Both the position numbers and the translations under genes were made by a program. DNA of 64,000 nt, from contig JAHLWS010000077.1 in assembly GCA_019057795.1 (NCBI GenBank), positions 64,001 through 128,000 on the forward strand, in the 5' to 3' direction. The first letter of the stretch is position 1; each line of letters begins with the position of its first letter. This stretch comes from Promethearchaeota archaeon. Its GTDB lineage: Archaea > Asgardarchaeota > Lokiarchaeia > Sigyniarchaeales > SOKP01. The notes under the pieces are model-generated. The model was not told the origin of the DNA and made no database searches. It was given only the letters and a program-made list of their open reading frames with translations. Of this stretch, positions 12,801-27,800 are shown in pieces.

Positions 12801-15800
12801 GACCACATTCGAATATAAAGAAGACTTAAGCACCATTACCAGCCCAATTTGCTTTATTCATGAGATATTTGCGAGAGATGAACTGTCCAGCGGCACTCCA
12901 ACTATAGAACTGGTTCACCAGCCGATCTACTCGATTGAAAAAATATTTTATAAGTCTGCTAATAAATGGATAGAATTGGATATAGATGAAGTTCTTGTGC
13001 GCCATTCACGGCGGGACGTTGAATTAGATTTAACTTCTGTGTGGTCCGGTTTATCTTACCTGAAAATTGCTTATGCATTCGAATCTTTTGTCGCAGAAGA
13101 GACCTCTATGGTTGATCCCTCTTTTGACTGGAAAGAGGGCACTTCTAACACTCAGAGTATTTCGGCTTTTGGAAAGTTCTTTGATGCATCCACTCTACCG
13201 CTGATGTGGTTAAATCCTACCTCTACTTATATAAATCCAAATTGGAACTCTTTACCAAACGCGATGACATATCGTTATTCCCCTGTTATATCTAAATTAG
13301 GAACATCAACTATGTATCCAGCAATATCTAATACATGGGGTCCTGAATATAACATACCGGAATTAGAAAACAGCCTTATTCATTACGATGGTACCTACGA
13401 TTCGGGAATATTAGTGGAAGATCTGTCAGGTCAAGAATTTACACGGGATGATCTTGCCGATGATGAGTTTTACGGTCAATTTGAAAATAATTATATAGAT
13501 GGGGTATGGATAAGTAATCCAGTACAAAGTACAAATTACAACTTCACTGAAATGTATAATGATATAATTTACAGCACGAACGGAATATATAATGAATACC
13601 TTAGCACTCAGATGGTTCTTGTTAAAAATAGAATAAATAGCTATTATGTGGACGCTTCCTATACCCAAAGCGGTATCTCTTCAACAGGTTCCCTCCCTTC
13701 AGGTTCAATATATAAGTATTTATCACAAGCGTCTACAAAAGATGTTGAGTATGCATTATCTTCATGGGACGAATATCTTTCTATCTACATGAATAACGAA
13801 GATACCTACAGTCTAGAACTTACATGTGAATTACCAGTTGTAGATAGAAATGGTATCGATTCTATTCAAATCGCACTTGATGGATCCATTGTTTCATCGG
13901 ATTTCAGCAAGAATTATCCACTTTCAATACAAATGTTTAACTTCAACTATAATAGTGGGCAGGGTCGTTGGGAATCTATTCCAATGGGTAATGTTTATTA
14001 CAGCTCCGGTAAGTATTACTATGATATTTCTAGTTCTTCATTTCCGTTTAAAGAACGAAATGTATTTGATTATGATTTTTGGACATGGGAAGATTCCACC
14101 CTTGTTGATGCATTCAGACCAAACTGGGGAACTACTGCTTCAAATGATATGAGTACAATAAACTTCGGAGACTGTTTCCCAAGTGTTGTGGATGCTAGTG
14201 GCAATGCGTGGTTCGATACAACTGTATTTAATCCAATATATGGGTCCAACTTCATGATACCAAGTCACACTGACAATTATGTAAGAAATACGTTGTGGAG
14301 CGATGACTATAGAGTATTATATTACGATGATTCACATATCTCAAATTCTAATAAATTTCAGTTTACCAATCTAGAAGTAGATCCATCAGATTTCTGTACA
14401 ACTAGCACACCATTTCCAGCCCCAACAAGTTCAACCGTGTTTTCACCCGCTAATTTTTACAATGATTTTGTTAGCGAGAATAGTGAGTTTAAAGTTAGAA
14501 TCATCACACAAAAGGAAGCTGGACAAGCAGGTAGTGCGTATTTATGTATAGGGGACTTAAAAACGTATGTCCATACCGACAGCAATTACTTAAACTACAA
14601 AAATTTTGAATATGAAGGGATTCACCATGTTAGTGATAATATTGATGTTACGATCTCAGGTGTAGAACTAGGAGGGAAAAGCGGATTTAAAGAAGTAGAT
14701 ACAAAGTATTTAGAGGATAAATATAATGAACCACACGATGTATATAAAGCGTCATTTACCTTTGATTATGACGTTAAAGATCAAGGTGGTAAATTTTATT
14801 TCTCATTAAATGACCATGTTACTTACTGTGTAAATGATGACAACAGTCAGCTTTATTTCCCAGGGTATGGTAATGAATTTATATTTTATTATAACTGTTC
14901 GACAGGATGGTGGGAGGCATATCTTAACCCGCAAGATTTTTCAACCCCTATATGGAACTACCAAGAAGGTGTTACGCAGGTTGAAATCGCCCCTCAGGTA
15001 ACATCAGAGTGTGCGGGATCTCAAAAACTTATCGTTTCTTCTATGGAATCGCAATTTCTAAAAAGAATTCGTGATAAATACGATTTTGCGGATTACAAAA
15101 CACTCGTTGCCAATGATAAAACAGGACAGTATGTGGATCTACTTGATATGGATTTTGAAGAAGCTTTTATGACTCCAGAAAATACATTTGCACAAGTATC
15201 TTCTGATATTGATCTGTACTATAGCTTCAATGACGAAATGGTACAAGAAAATCTTGAAAACGGTCTGTGGAGCATGACTATTGATCCTACTTTTGAGTAT
15301 GACCGAATGGATGATGATTATGATACACCGTACACCTATTATGAAGAAGGGTTTATTCCAAACGGTTACCAATCGCTGGATTTCACGTATATCACTGATG
15401 TGAATAGGGAAGAAGTCAGAAGGTGGGATTTACGTTCAGGGGATGCGTTGTCTGACATGCATGATGATGACGGAAATACATATAGAGTGACCCGACATGG
15501 GAATAAAAATTGGATTTACTTGGATCCTAATACACGTAATCATGTGAATGTGATGGACTTTTATCAAATTTATATGTCGAATTACCATGTGGATTCCACT
15601 TCTGGTTTTGAATCTTCTAATTGGTATAAACTTATAGATGGTTACGAGGCATATATAAGAGCTTACGGTAGTATCCCATCTATGGCTGGCTATGATACCT
15701 GGCATCTTTTGCGTCAAGGTATTAGGATACCTTGTCCAAACTTCAACCCTTCAGATCCAGTAGACTCTATAAGTGGTAGAATTAGTGCAAGATCATGGTG

Positions 15801-18800
15801 CTTACCCGGTACAAATTTTGCAGGTGGAATCGATATCATATCTAAATATGGCCAAAATGTGAATCTTCGTAATTTGTACTGGAGTATGGTAGAACCTATT
15901 AATTACGACTTTCAACTATACGGTCCTAATCTTAACGATTTTATCCATTTTGATGGTAATCAATATTACATTGAACTTCAAGTATGGGACGCCGCGTATT
16001 CTGAGTATGATGGCTCTTATTATTGGAATATAAATCTTAATCTATTCACAGATCAAGTATATGTAGATGTAATGTGGGGGATGGGGAGTACTTCTACTTT
16101 TGAAGTTGATGCGGTTGATGACACAATAAACAATGATTTCATGTTATTCTTTCAAGGGGAATACTACGATCCTGAACCTCCTTATAGAACATCGGAATTA
16201 TATATTAACAATCAAGTAGAGATTAGTAATCTTGGAAGTAAAACAATACATAAACTTGTAGACGCATCTGTATTAGGAAATATGTATATACCAATCGCTC
16301 AGCCCCTAAGTGATGATGATAATTATATCGATATAGATTATCTATTTCTCTATAGGATGAACCAACAAACTACCATCCCAATCGCAAACAAAGATGGTAT
16401 TATTTTACCATCAACATTATCTAACACATATAATGACACTATTACTCATCCATTTGTTAAGTACGATCCATTTTTAGGGAATAATACAGTCAGATTTACT
16501 CTGGGACGCAGTGTTTTGACTCATATATTCGGAAGAGGATCAAGCACACAGATCTATGCAAATGCAACATTAGACGATGTAAGACTACTTTTTAATTTGT
16601 TCCCACCAGATGAATCGTATGTAAATTTTCCTACAACCCACCAATATGTCGAGGGATTTGATAATAATAAACACAATCCGGAGGATTTAAGGGATTACGA
16701 TAATTATGCGATAAGTAGATTCAAGAATAGCGCGTTAGATGATATCCAGATACCTCTTGTAAGCCCAATTATATTAGACTTTAGTGATGATACTAGTGAT
16801 TTTGAAAACGATTTTAGTTTGGAACTTGCTCTTGATTTAGATATAGCGCTTAATAACAGATTGGTTAATTCTAACTGGAGCTTGCGTTTCAGATTATTAT
16901 ATTACAACTATGTTTCGGGAAAATGGAAAGATATTAATTCGCTCCTGTGGGCAGAAAGTGAAGGACAAGCAGAACCGGTATGGGATCCAGATTGGTCTGA
17001 TAATCATATCGTATATTTAAAGAATGCAAGTGCTGAATTGTCGAATAGGCTCATTCCAATACAAGATAATTCAGATATCACTATATTGAACCCCATTTGC
17101 TTTGATACGCTAAATAGTGATATGATCTCTCAAGGAAAAATGAAACTCGCATTTATTTCATACATAATGCCGGGTAATCTTTCCGTTGATACGCAGGGAT
17201 ATTTCTCGTACGAGAGATTTGACCCGATGGTGCCGATAAATATCTCCCAAACTGTTACCGTACTCGATGCATCAATTTCTTCCTATTTGGATCGGTCATT
17301 AAATTTAGAAAATTATTTGACAAAAAGTCTTGTTTTAGATAACAGCAAGGCAAATATGAGTGCAGTTGAAAATATTGGAGAAATTCTTGCTGTAAGAGGG
17401 ATTTTTGAAGATGAAAATGGTATCATTTATGAATATCTAATAGATGATTATACGATTGAAAATGACGAGCTTGTTATTAATTCTCCAATGGCGGATATAT
17501 TCTGCAATGTATCAATAGAATACGTGCCCGAGGTGGAATTGGAATACCGCCATAATCGCTGGTATTTACCTGATTCGTTGCATATCGATTCTATTAATTT
17601 TACGCAGCCTTTCTTTGTGTCTAACCTTAAAGACGATAACAAATTCTACGGTACCTATGTATATAAGGATACTGGGGTTGGTTATGTCTTGATGTACGAC
17701 ATAACAGGACAATATGCAGGTGTGTATGTAGATTTTGATGATCCGGCGCAAGTGACCGGAACCCCACGGGGTGCGGTGAGATACGGAAAGTTCAATGATA
17801 TATCACTTACTGAGTTTTCTCTTACAGATGAATTATTGTACCAATATGATGTACTAAGCTCCCCTTCGAACTGGACGGGCGGTACACTGAATTTACAAAT
17901 AAGCGCAGGGTTCAATGATGTGCTCTATTCTGAATTATCCCAAGTATGGTGTGACTCCTACAATATTGTAATTGAATTGTATAAACTTGATTCAAATAAT
18001 TTATTGACAAAAATCGGCACTATAACAGAAGATCTTGACACATTTTTGCTTGGTTTTCACGTGTATGATTTGGAAATAGACTTACTTGAAGATATTTTAT
18101 TTGAGCAAAATGGACAGCAGTTGTTTGGAGAGGCGGTTGCGATGAATTTGGGCAATGATTTATATATGACAATCAAAACATCAATAGAAAATACAACTGT
18201 GGATGGTTACTTATTCGAAGGTTTTTACGCTCAAGAAATTCACTCTGCCACGTTAAAAATAGATGCATCGGATTCAGGATTAAGGGTAAACGGAAATCTA
18301 ATAGATAAAACATATATGGAAATCGTGCAAAATCACACGATGTTAACAAAAACAGAAAATGGATTATATGAATTTGATTCATTAAAATATGATTTTAAGG
18401 TAGAAATTAAGAACCTTTATGTAGAAGGAGTAAAGCTTCAAGAATTTGCTGATTATGAATTTGATCAAGAGAATTCCCAGCTCTTATTAATTGCCAATTA
18501 CAGCGACTATTCTGGTCTGTTATTTGCAGATATTTCATATCGTGCATTTGAATGGAAGAAAGGTATGGTATCAGCTTTAGAACCGGTCAGAGTCTCTTTT
18601 GATCACGAATACATGGAAAAAATTACAAAATATTTAGAAATTGAATTGGGATATTCTTCAACAGGATTTCCGGGTTATGAGGTGGAGGTGATCGACGAAG
18701 CAACAGGGAAAGTCTTACTCGCGAGCGAAGAGAAAGGCGCAGAAATGCTGAATATCTACATGTATAATTACATGAAAGGCAAATGGGAGAAAATACAGTT

Positions 18801-21800
18801 TGTCGCTTATGATGATTATAGAGAGAGTAATTCCATATCTTATGTAGCCGATAGAAATTACCTCACATTCGAGAATTTTTTCAATAGAACTGTAGCGGGA
18901 ACGTTTGAAATGCAATTTCTTCCCACAATAGAAGCGTCGATAGGAAAGTGCTTTTTATCCACTATCGGTTTTGATATTAATTCAATCAATGCAAAGATCT
19001 ATTATTCCAGTCCTCAAATGGGTTTCTTTGCTAATCCGCAGATTGAATTCGATGTGGACATAACTCAGTATATTAAAAATAAAAATATTTGTATCGACGA
19101 AATTACGCTTGATTTAAGTTTTGCAGGTGAAGTGTTGCTCGATACCGCATTTATCTATTCTGATTACGCGATAATAGAAGAGGTTTTTAATATATACCTC
19201 AGAAATGAATATTTAGAATTTGAGGAATATCAATTGAATGAAGACGGTTCGATTATAATTCTAAGAGGAGATCTTAATAGGTTATTGTATTATGACATCG
19301 CAAACGATAAATATTACATACGTGTAATGTTAGAATACGATTGGACGTGCCATCTTGATTTAAGCTTGGGCGGAAACTCTATGCTCGATATTGTAGCCAC
19401 GCTAAACTTGATTAAATACGATCTCACCGTAACCTATACAATCCACAAAACTACGAGAATTTCAGCGCAAAAAATAGATATTCCATATGAATTAGTACCT
19501 ATTTTAGCTCCAAACTATATGCAAGACAATGAAACTATAACTATATTAGACGATGATGAACAGCTTGATATCGGGGTTTTCGGCGGTTTTTTAAGAAATG
19601 TTGATACGCGCCAAAGGTTAATGCTTCGGCAACAGTTAATTTACAATTTCACTGAAGCTCAAGAGGGATGGAGCCAAATCATTTTAGATCAAGAATATAC
19701 CGATTTAATTATGCGATTTATTAGTCCTGTTGGATATCTCAATACCCCCATAGAATACCTTACCGATAATACGTATTTCGCGTTTGTCGCAGATCATGAA
19801 GTTGTATCAGTTGAATTATATTGGAAGAACGGTTCTTTATATGAGAAAATAGGAGATATGATACCTAACGACGAATATCCTACCTTATTTGAGTATACTT
19901 GGTATGATATTTCGGAAAATACAGAAGCTTTAACCAATGATATTGTTGGAATTATGTTCAAACTCACAGATATTTTTAATAATACCAATCAATATGATTA
20001 TAATCTAACCGCTGATTTTACCCCTCCGCAACCTTCAATTTCAGTAGGAGATGGTTCTGAAAGTTTTGAAAGTATGAACGCAGATCCCCTAACAAGTATC
20101 GAGTTTATTAATAATGAACAGGTAGGGAACTTTATAGAGTATTACAGGATAATAGATCTTATTTCAGGGCAAGCATCTGAGTGGATCAATTTTAATTCAT
20201 CAGAAATTTTTATTTTAAATGACTTAATAGATACACCTACTAATTTTTCTATTGAGTATAAAATAATTGACGCTGCAGGAAATGAAAACAGTACATTACT
20301 CTATAATAATGGATATGAATTTATGCTATTTTCGCGCAAAATTTCGATATATTTAACAGATAATACTATTGATCTAAATAGCGACAGTATTTACGAGCGA
20401 GAAATAATATTTGAGGATAATAATCAATTTAATGGAGAAGATCTTGATATATATATCAATGGTTTTAAATATGGCACAGCGGTATCAAACGGCACTCATT
20501 ATATCATATCGTTTGGAACAGAAAATAATGAATCTTCATTAATGGCATATTCAGATTCATTAATGAGCGAGAATATATATTCCAATACCAACCCTCTCAA
20601 TCACGTCAGCTGGAAGATTACTGAAGATAATCTCTTCGGCGTTTCAAAACATGTTTTAGTAAACGGTGATATAGTTATTATTAATCCACTTACCTATAAT
20701 GCAACGGCAACTTTAGAGTTAGCACACCTTTATGACGGAAGTTTTGCATTGCCAAATTTTATGAGATTACAACAAGTATATTATTATAATGCTTCAAATA
20801 ACGATATTTGTTATCTTATTTATGGAAAAGATTATATAATTACAGATGCCTCAGGCACAATCGTATTTCCGGAGGGTTCTCTTGTCCATGATCTATTTGA
20901 GAACCACACTTCTGAGGTTCTTCGTGGTCTTATCTATTTTGAATATGCAGCATCTAAGGTATGTGATCTACTATCATTATCCAACGCAGATGGTCTTTTT
21001 GTAAATTTCATAATGCCTGCGGTGTTTTACGACCATACTACAATAGAAAAACTTACCGTGAGAGTCCAAGACTTTTTAGGAAACTCATTTGTAAAAGTTT
21101 TTTACGATCTTGACTTAAGAAAGTATTTCTTAGAGGGAGAAAAAGATAAGTATGAAACTGATATCTACGGGTTAGGGAAGATGATGGTAATACCCCTATA
21201 TATCGATTTTAATGAACTATCTTTTTCCAATCCCGGAGTAACGTTTGATTTAAGTCTTTTAGAAACCATATCTTTTGAGGTTTCTGATTCCAAACGATGG
21301 CCGGGGTCATTTATGCAAGAATACGAAGAATTTAGCGTATTAAATCTCCCCTATCAACGTATTGCAATTACAGATCTTTCGCTCTATAATTTAATATGCG
21401 ATTCTGTTGAGGAAGATGAGGATAATTACGTTGCTTCTTCATTCAAGGTTATTGCTCCTAACTATTACAATTATTACGCTCAAGATGAATTTAAGATTAA
21501 ACGCCTTGATATTGCATTTACTAACGTGATGGCATTTGCAAATAATAGCCAGATCACTCAAGGAAGCGAGGTAGATGTTGAATATTCTGATTATATTGAA
21601 CTAAATTATCTGTTCAATAATACAATTTTGCCCGTACTATTAAATGATATTATTACCTTACCAATAACGTTAAATAATGCAACCGGTTCCAATGAGATAT
21701 TAGCATTTAGCATAGCAAATTGGATAACAAAGTCAGATATTGATTCATTATCTGGCTATACAAATTATTATTATTCCAAATTCCAGGTACCACCCGTTCT

Positions 21801-24800
21801 GGGAGAATATTACAGCACATTTGGGTCGACAGGAACTCCGATATTCAATATTGCGTTTGTTAATCCGCCAATATTTACCCTTAATATAACTCAAGAATCT
21901 CTCTATGAACCTGAACCAATATATCTCTCAAAAAATTCATACGAATTAGAATACGGTAATTCTCTTTTGCTTGAAGGGTGCATTAAAGATAACGATGAGT
22001 ATTTAATTGAAGATGAGATATACCTTTACGAATATCAAGAGGCAATGGACGGAGAGACGGTTCACGTCCTTAAAATTATAGCGCCTGTAGATGACGCTAA
22101 TTTTATCAGCAAAGAAGAATTCGCCATCTATTACGTTAATAGGGAATTAAAGAAGCTTCCTTTGTTCTCTACTCTAAATAATAAATTTTTCAAAAACGAT
22201 ACAATTTTAAAAAATAATACAAATCCTGAAATTACTTATGTGAATAATAAGTATTTGTTAACTATCTACTGGAATACAACCATAAATGAATTTATTGACT
22301 ACGATACCCACCTTTTAATAACTTATAAGGCTGTGAGAGGAAGACCAATTTCCCCTGCTTCCTACAGTACTGTAGATTCCTACGGCAATAATATTTATAG
22401 TAATTTAATTGAGATTCCTTTTGCCAGATATAATATGATTACTAGAAGCTGGGAGTTTGAAGATGACTTTACAGAACAATTTATTGTTGATAAAAATTTA
22501 TTATATGAAGATGTCGAGGGTACAAGTGCTACCCTACAGGGAATTCAATACGATGATGGACAGGTTATTCAGACGGGAGTGATTTCTCTTGAGGGTATAT
22601 ACGTAAATTGGAGCGGTTCCAACACTTTTGAATTGCTAAATGAAAGTCGGTATTCATGGGACATTAATCAAAACGGGGAATTACATATTACCGGACTTCC
22701 GTATAATTCTTCCGGGGATGTATTTAGAATTTTATATTATGGTATTAATCCTACTCCGATTATTCATTCACTTATCAATCCTGTATCTTCAATATATTCC
22801 ATTAAAGTAATTAATAATACAGGGTTTGAATATGAATTTGAAGTAGGCACCGATTATGTAATATCTGAAGATGGTTACGCGATCTATTTCAAAGACTTGT
22901 ATAATACGATTTTAAAAAGCGGAAACTTTTCGATTTATAGCAGATTTTTAATTAGTTACCATTCAACACACTCAAGGAAGATTGATCTTTCCCGGAACCT
23001 GCTCTTAATGCTTCAGGATTCAAGCGGTCACGATATCCCCGTTGATAATATACCAGTTGATAATTTAGGATTTTTTAAATATCAACAATCCCTAAAAGAA
23101 AATAGTCCGCTTTCTATTCCGGTTGGCGGTGGAGAGCGAATTGTCCACATGTCATTAGCCTATTTACCAATATCGGTATATAACATTTCCTCCGGTGGAT
23201 TTGTTAATTTAAGTTATGAAGTCGAGAACGGTAATAAAATCTACTCGCATAAAGAAGGTAATTGGGTAAAATTTTTTAGCATTATTACCAATCCTAAGAA
23301 AGTAAAACTTGAGATGGTTGAAGATCCTTCGCAAAATATCGTAATTACTCAGAAATTTTACGAAGAGCGTGAATATCAATATAACTATAATCCTTTAGAA
23401 ACTCTTGAGAAAGGGGAAGAGTATACAAAAGTGATGATTGATGCTCTTGTAAAAGACGATTATGAATTTACATTTAAGCTGACCACCTTTGAGGATAAAC
23501 CGATAAAAGATTCAATTGTTTGGATGCACCTGGGCTTCATGCCGAAAAGTAAAACTAAATTTCTCAATGAGCGAGCCCTTATCAATGATTTGGATCTACA
23601 TCCATATTTCGAATCGTTTGGAACAGAAGAGATCACCTCAATAGGTCCTGGTGTAGGCCCTCAAAAGATGTTTGGAAAGCCTCTTACATATGAGATCAAG
23701 AATTATACTTCTGAGCAAAATGCGTACGGTCCTTATGCGTGGGTATATGGAATAACAGATGCATTAGGGGAAGTTACGTTTAATGTATCGTTTGATCAAG
23801 ATTTTAGGGAAGATTTTGCACGATGCTTCGGAAGTAGGGAAGGTATCACTTCTGTAGAGGATAATGTGCTCTATCTTAGGGCATTTAGCACGTATTTTGA
23901 AAGCTGGGAAGATATGGCAATTAATAACCCTGAACAGTATATCTGCTCACGAGACGGTGATATTTTTGATGGTAGCACCATAATAGAAAATTACAACTTT
24001 ACGGGTATGATCACTCAAGACAGCACTTATGTTGAAGGTCCTGTGAGAGTGCATAAAAAAGACACCGCATTAGCGATTGCAGATAGTATCTCCTACGATT
24101 TACCAGACCCTGATCTCCAAGAAAATAGATATGACGACTTGCGATTACACCTATACGTTACTGAAGCGCATCCAATTCCGAACGCTAAAGGCAGCTTCTC
24201 GATTGAAGATCTTACTCGACAGTATACTATGCGTGAGTTGGAAGCGACGGCAAAAAGTATACTTGAAGATGAGAATAATTATGAAGCTCATATAAAAATA
24301 TATGATCCTTCGGGAAATTATATTATTACATTTAAACCTCCGATTATCGAAACTCCTGATGGCGGCGGATATATCTCCATAGATAACGAATCTTTAGTTG
24401 ATACTTTACTTAAGTGTGGACCAGGCTTATCCTCATTGGTAATATATATCCCAGAATCTGAGTATTACAAGAACTCGCCTGTGGTTACTATACCTATTGA
24501 AATCAGACCTCCAAATTGGTTAAAGTTCGGTGAAAAGAACACTAAAATCCCGCTAATCGATCCATTTGTCTCAGCGTGGGGCTCTGCATATAATAACGAA
24601 AAGGAAATGACTTTTGAGTCGAATTACCCGTTCCTAACCGGTACTGTGTGGGTAGAACCGTTTTATAATAGTACAGGCGCAGAATCATCCGTTCAAGATT
24701 ATATTGATATTAATTTAGATTGTACGATTTACAATGGTGATGGAACCACCAGTACGTTTCCCTTACAGAATAATATAATGTTAAGACCCGGGAATAGGGA

Positions 24801-27800
24801 TGGAATTTTGACTTTTAGTATAGGTTTAGGTCCTGAAAGTGCCTTTTTGATGGGTCTGCAGTGTGATCTTAACCTATCATTTAACATTGACTTTAATAAA
24901 GACCAAATTTTCGAAGAAAAAAGAAACGTTGAAATAGTCCTATTAGATTTACGCTTAGAATCAAATCCTTCTAGCAATACTCCAAATACTATCTGGTCAA
25001 TATACGATAATGAATTTATTTCCAGCGATATTACAGTAGACATCATTGATGATACAATTACAAAACACGACGATACTATTCTTAATTTAGGCGGAGTTAA
25101 GAATGGACAAATTTACGGACAAGAAATTGCCTTCTTATTTAGCGATGATACATTAGAATATGGTTTGGATGCTGATAGTGAATTATTATCTCTTTTGGCG
25201 TTAACAGGAATTGAAGCATTGAAAGTTGTTGGAATAAAGGACGGAGATGAGTATGAATTTGAGCAGGGAACAGAATGGACAATTCCATATTATTCTTCTG
25301 GATTTTTATACAATAACTCGATTATTCGTTTCACAGGAGCTAGTATACCAGATAGTGGCACGGAATTTTCAATAACCTATCAATTAACGTTTACTTTTGC
25401 TCAGAATAAATATTATGGAAATATTACATTAGGTTATACCAATAGTTATAACGAAAGTTCGATTGAACTGCAATTACCTGATGGTTTCTTACCAGAAAGT
25501 GATGAATCGTATTCTCCTATGTTTACGCGATTTACCGATAATTTTACAGGCACAGGCTCGCAAACACAATTTAAATTGAATTATGGGCTTAGCGGAGTGA
25601 CTCAATGGAATGATAATTATTTCATTATTTATAATGAACAGGAGCTTAATAATACGTTTGGACAGTTCGCTAAAGGAGTTTCTCAAGAACACCCAACATT
25701 AACATTTTCCCAAGCACCTTTAAACAATTCCAAAATTATTATCACCTATGGAATTAAATCCCAATATATTTTGAGCTATGGCTTCCAGAAGGTTGATAAA
25801 TCGTTTAGCGATTCTATTCGGTTAATGGACACTGATGATACTTCCCCTAAAATAATCGATGAGTCAAATAGTGAAATGTCTGCTTTAACTTTTGAAAACT
25901 CTTCGTTATATATTTCCCTAGATAATTCAGATGAAAAGACCATTCTAAAGCTGATTAACGTACCTTTACTATATTCACCTGAACTTAACATAACTTTTAC
26001 GTTTGATCACCTTATATTGGATTTATTGGATAGTTACGGGAATGATTTTAATAATTTAGCTATTGAATTTAAATATATAACAAACGATGGATATTATGAA
26101 TTTTATTCAGATCCACTGATAATTCCTCTGAATTATTCAGAAATTTCATCAAATATTATCGATAATACCTATGCAATTAGCTATAATAAGGACTTACAGG
26201 CGATTTATGACGTGGTTGGGGCTGATAGCGTCGATATTGAGATTATAATACATCAATCAGGAAAAAGTAATAACTATATCCCTTACTTAATCTTAAATCA
26301 ATACGATTATTTATCTGATACTCATTTGGTTGAAACTTACGATAGAATGCCTTTAAATGAATATTGTAATCTCGATATAAATTCGGTGATTACCACACCC
26401 CATTATTTCCAAATATTTTCCCGCCCCTTCGTGGATGGTGCATATGGAGATTCACCGTTTAACCTTTTCGATGGCAGTCAGGTCACAGTCGCTCTTACAG
26501 ATTTACCTAACTCAACATTAGTCTCGTTAGATCGTAATGGTGATAATTACAACTTCAATTACTTGGGTACTTCAAATACTCTTTCTGTAAGCGAAGATAA
26601 TTTCTATATGATCCCAAACTTAGGCATGTTTATTGATACTTACAATATTGATGAGATGTTATACCAAGACGGTTATCTTGATTTGTATTATGGAAGTGGA
26701 ACAGAAATTGACGGAGAAAAACAATATAATAATAATATATTTATGGATTATGCAGGTGTTCCGGTAGAAGATTATACATCATCCATTTTAAATAACGCTC
26801 CTACTTCATGGAATAATACCTATGATTTTACCAATAAATTTTTAACTACAGATGCAATAACAGCGGAGGGACGAGTGTTTTATCACCAAATATTCGATTT
26901 GGACGCGGATTTAAACAGCTCTTCAGTTATAAATAATATTTTCCCAAACTATGCCAACGATATTTATTTCGGTTTACAGCTAACTTCAAATTTTGATATT
27001 GATGAAATTAGGGCTGTGGGTAAGCCATATTTCTACTCCTTGTCAGTTCAAGGCTTTCCCACAGGAAAATATAAAGAAAATTATTGTTCTATTCATACAA
27101 CTTCCAGCGGAGATTTTGAGCCTACTCCAACGCTATATACGCTTAATATTGATGAGGATTATACTCTAGATTATGATGAGAATGGAACGGCTTACGTTTT
27201 ATTCTTTAGACCGGTTAGTGATTTGAGTTCTTATACAGATTCTCAAAACAAAATTATGATTGATTATTGGGTAAATCATCAGTTTATTAATAATTATGAT
27301 TATTATATTAAAGAAAATCCAGAAGATCCATACACATCCCAAATAGAATGGGATTATAGTTATATCGATTATGATACATTCCATCTACACCCTGACTTCA
27401 CCGGTGAGACATATTTCACTGTCGATTATCTCGCCTTAGAATGGGAGATTTTCGACGACGAGTACATTAAAGACGGCGACGATTCGTTTGACTTCCAACC
27501 GAGAGAATTTTACAACGTTTCTGTGTTATATACGGGAGATACAAGCACCGATGAATTTAGCGTTCAATATATCGTACCCGAGGGACAATATTTAGAAGAC
27601 CATATAATTTTCCCAACTATCTATGCGTTGGCTCAGATAGGTGACGATGAGGAGACCATGAAAGTAATTAAAATTTACAATAGTTTGATGGATAATTATA
27701 TTTCTCAAAACGCTCCTGATTCGTACGATTATACCGTTAATTTCGCCGAAATTGAGACTTATATTAATACTTATTACCCAAGCTATCAACTAGTCGAAAA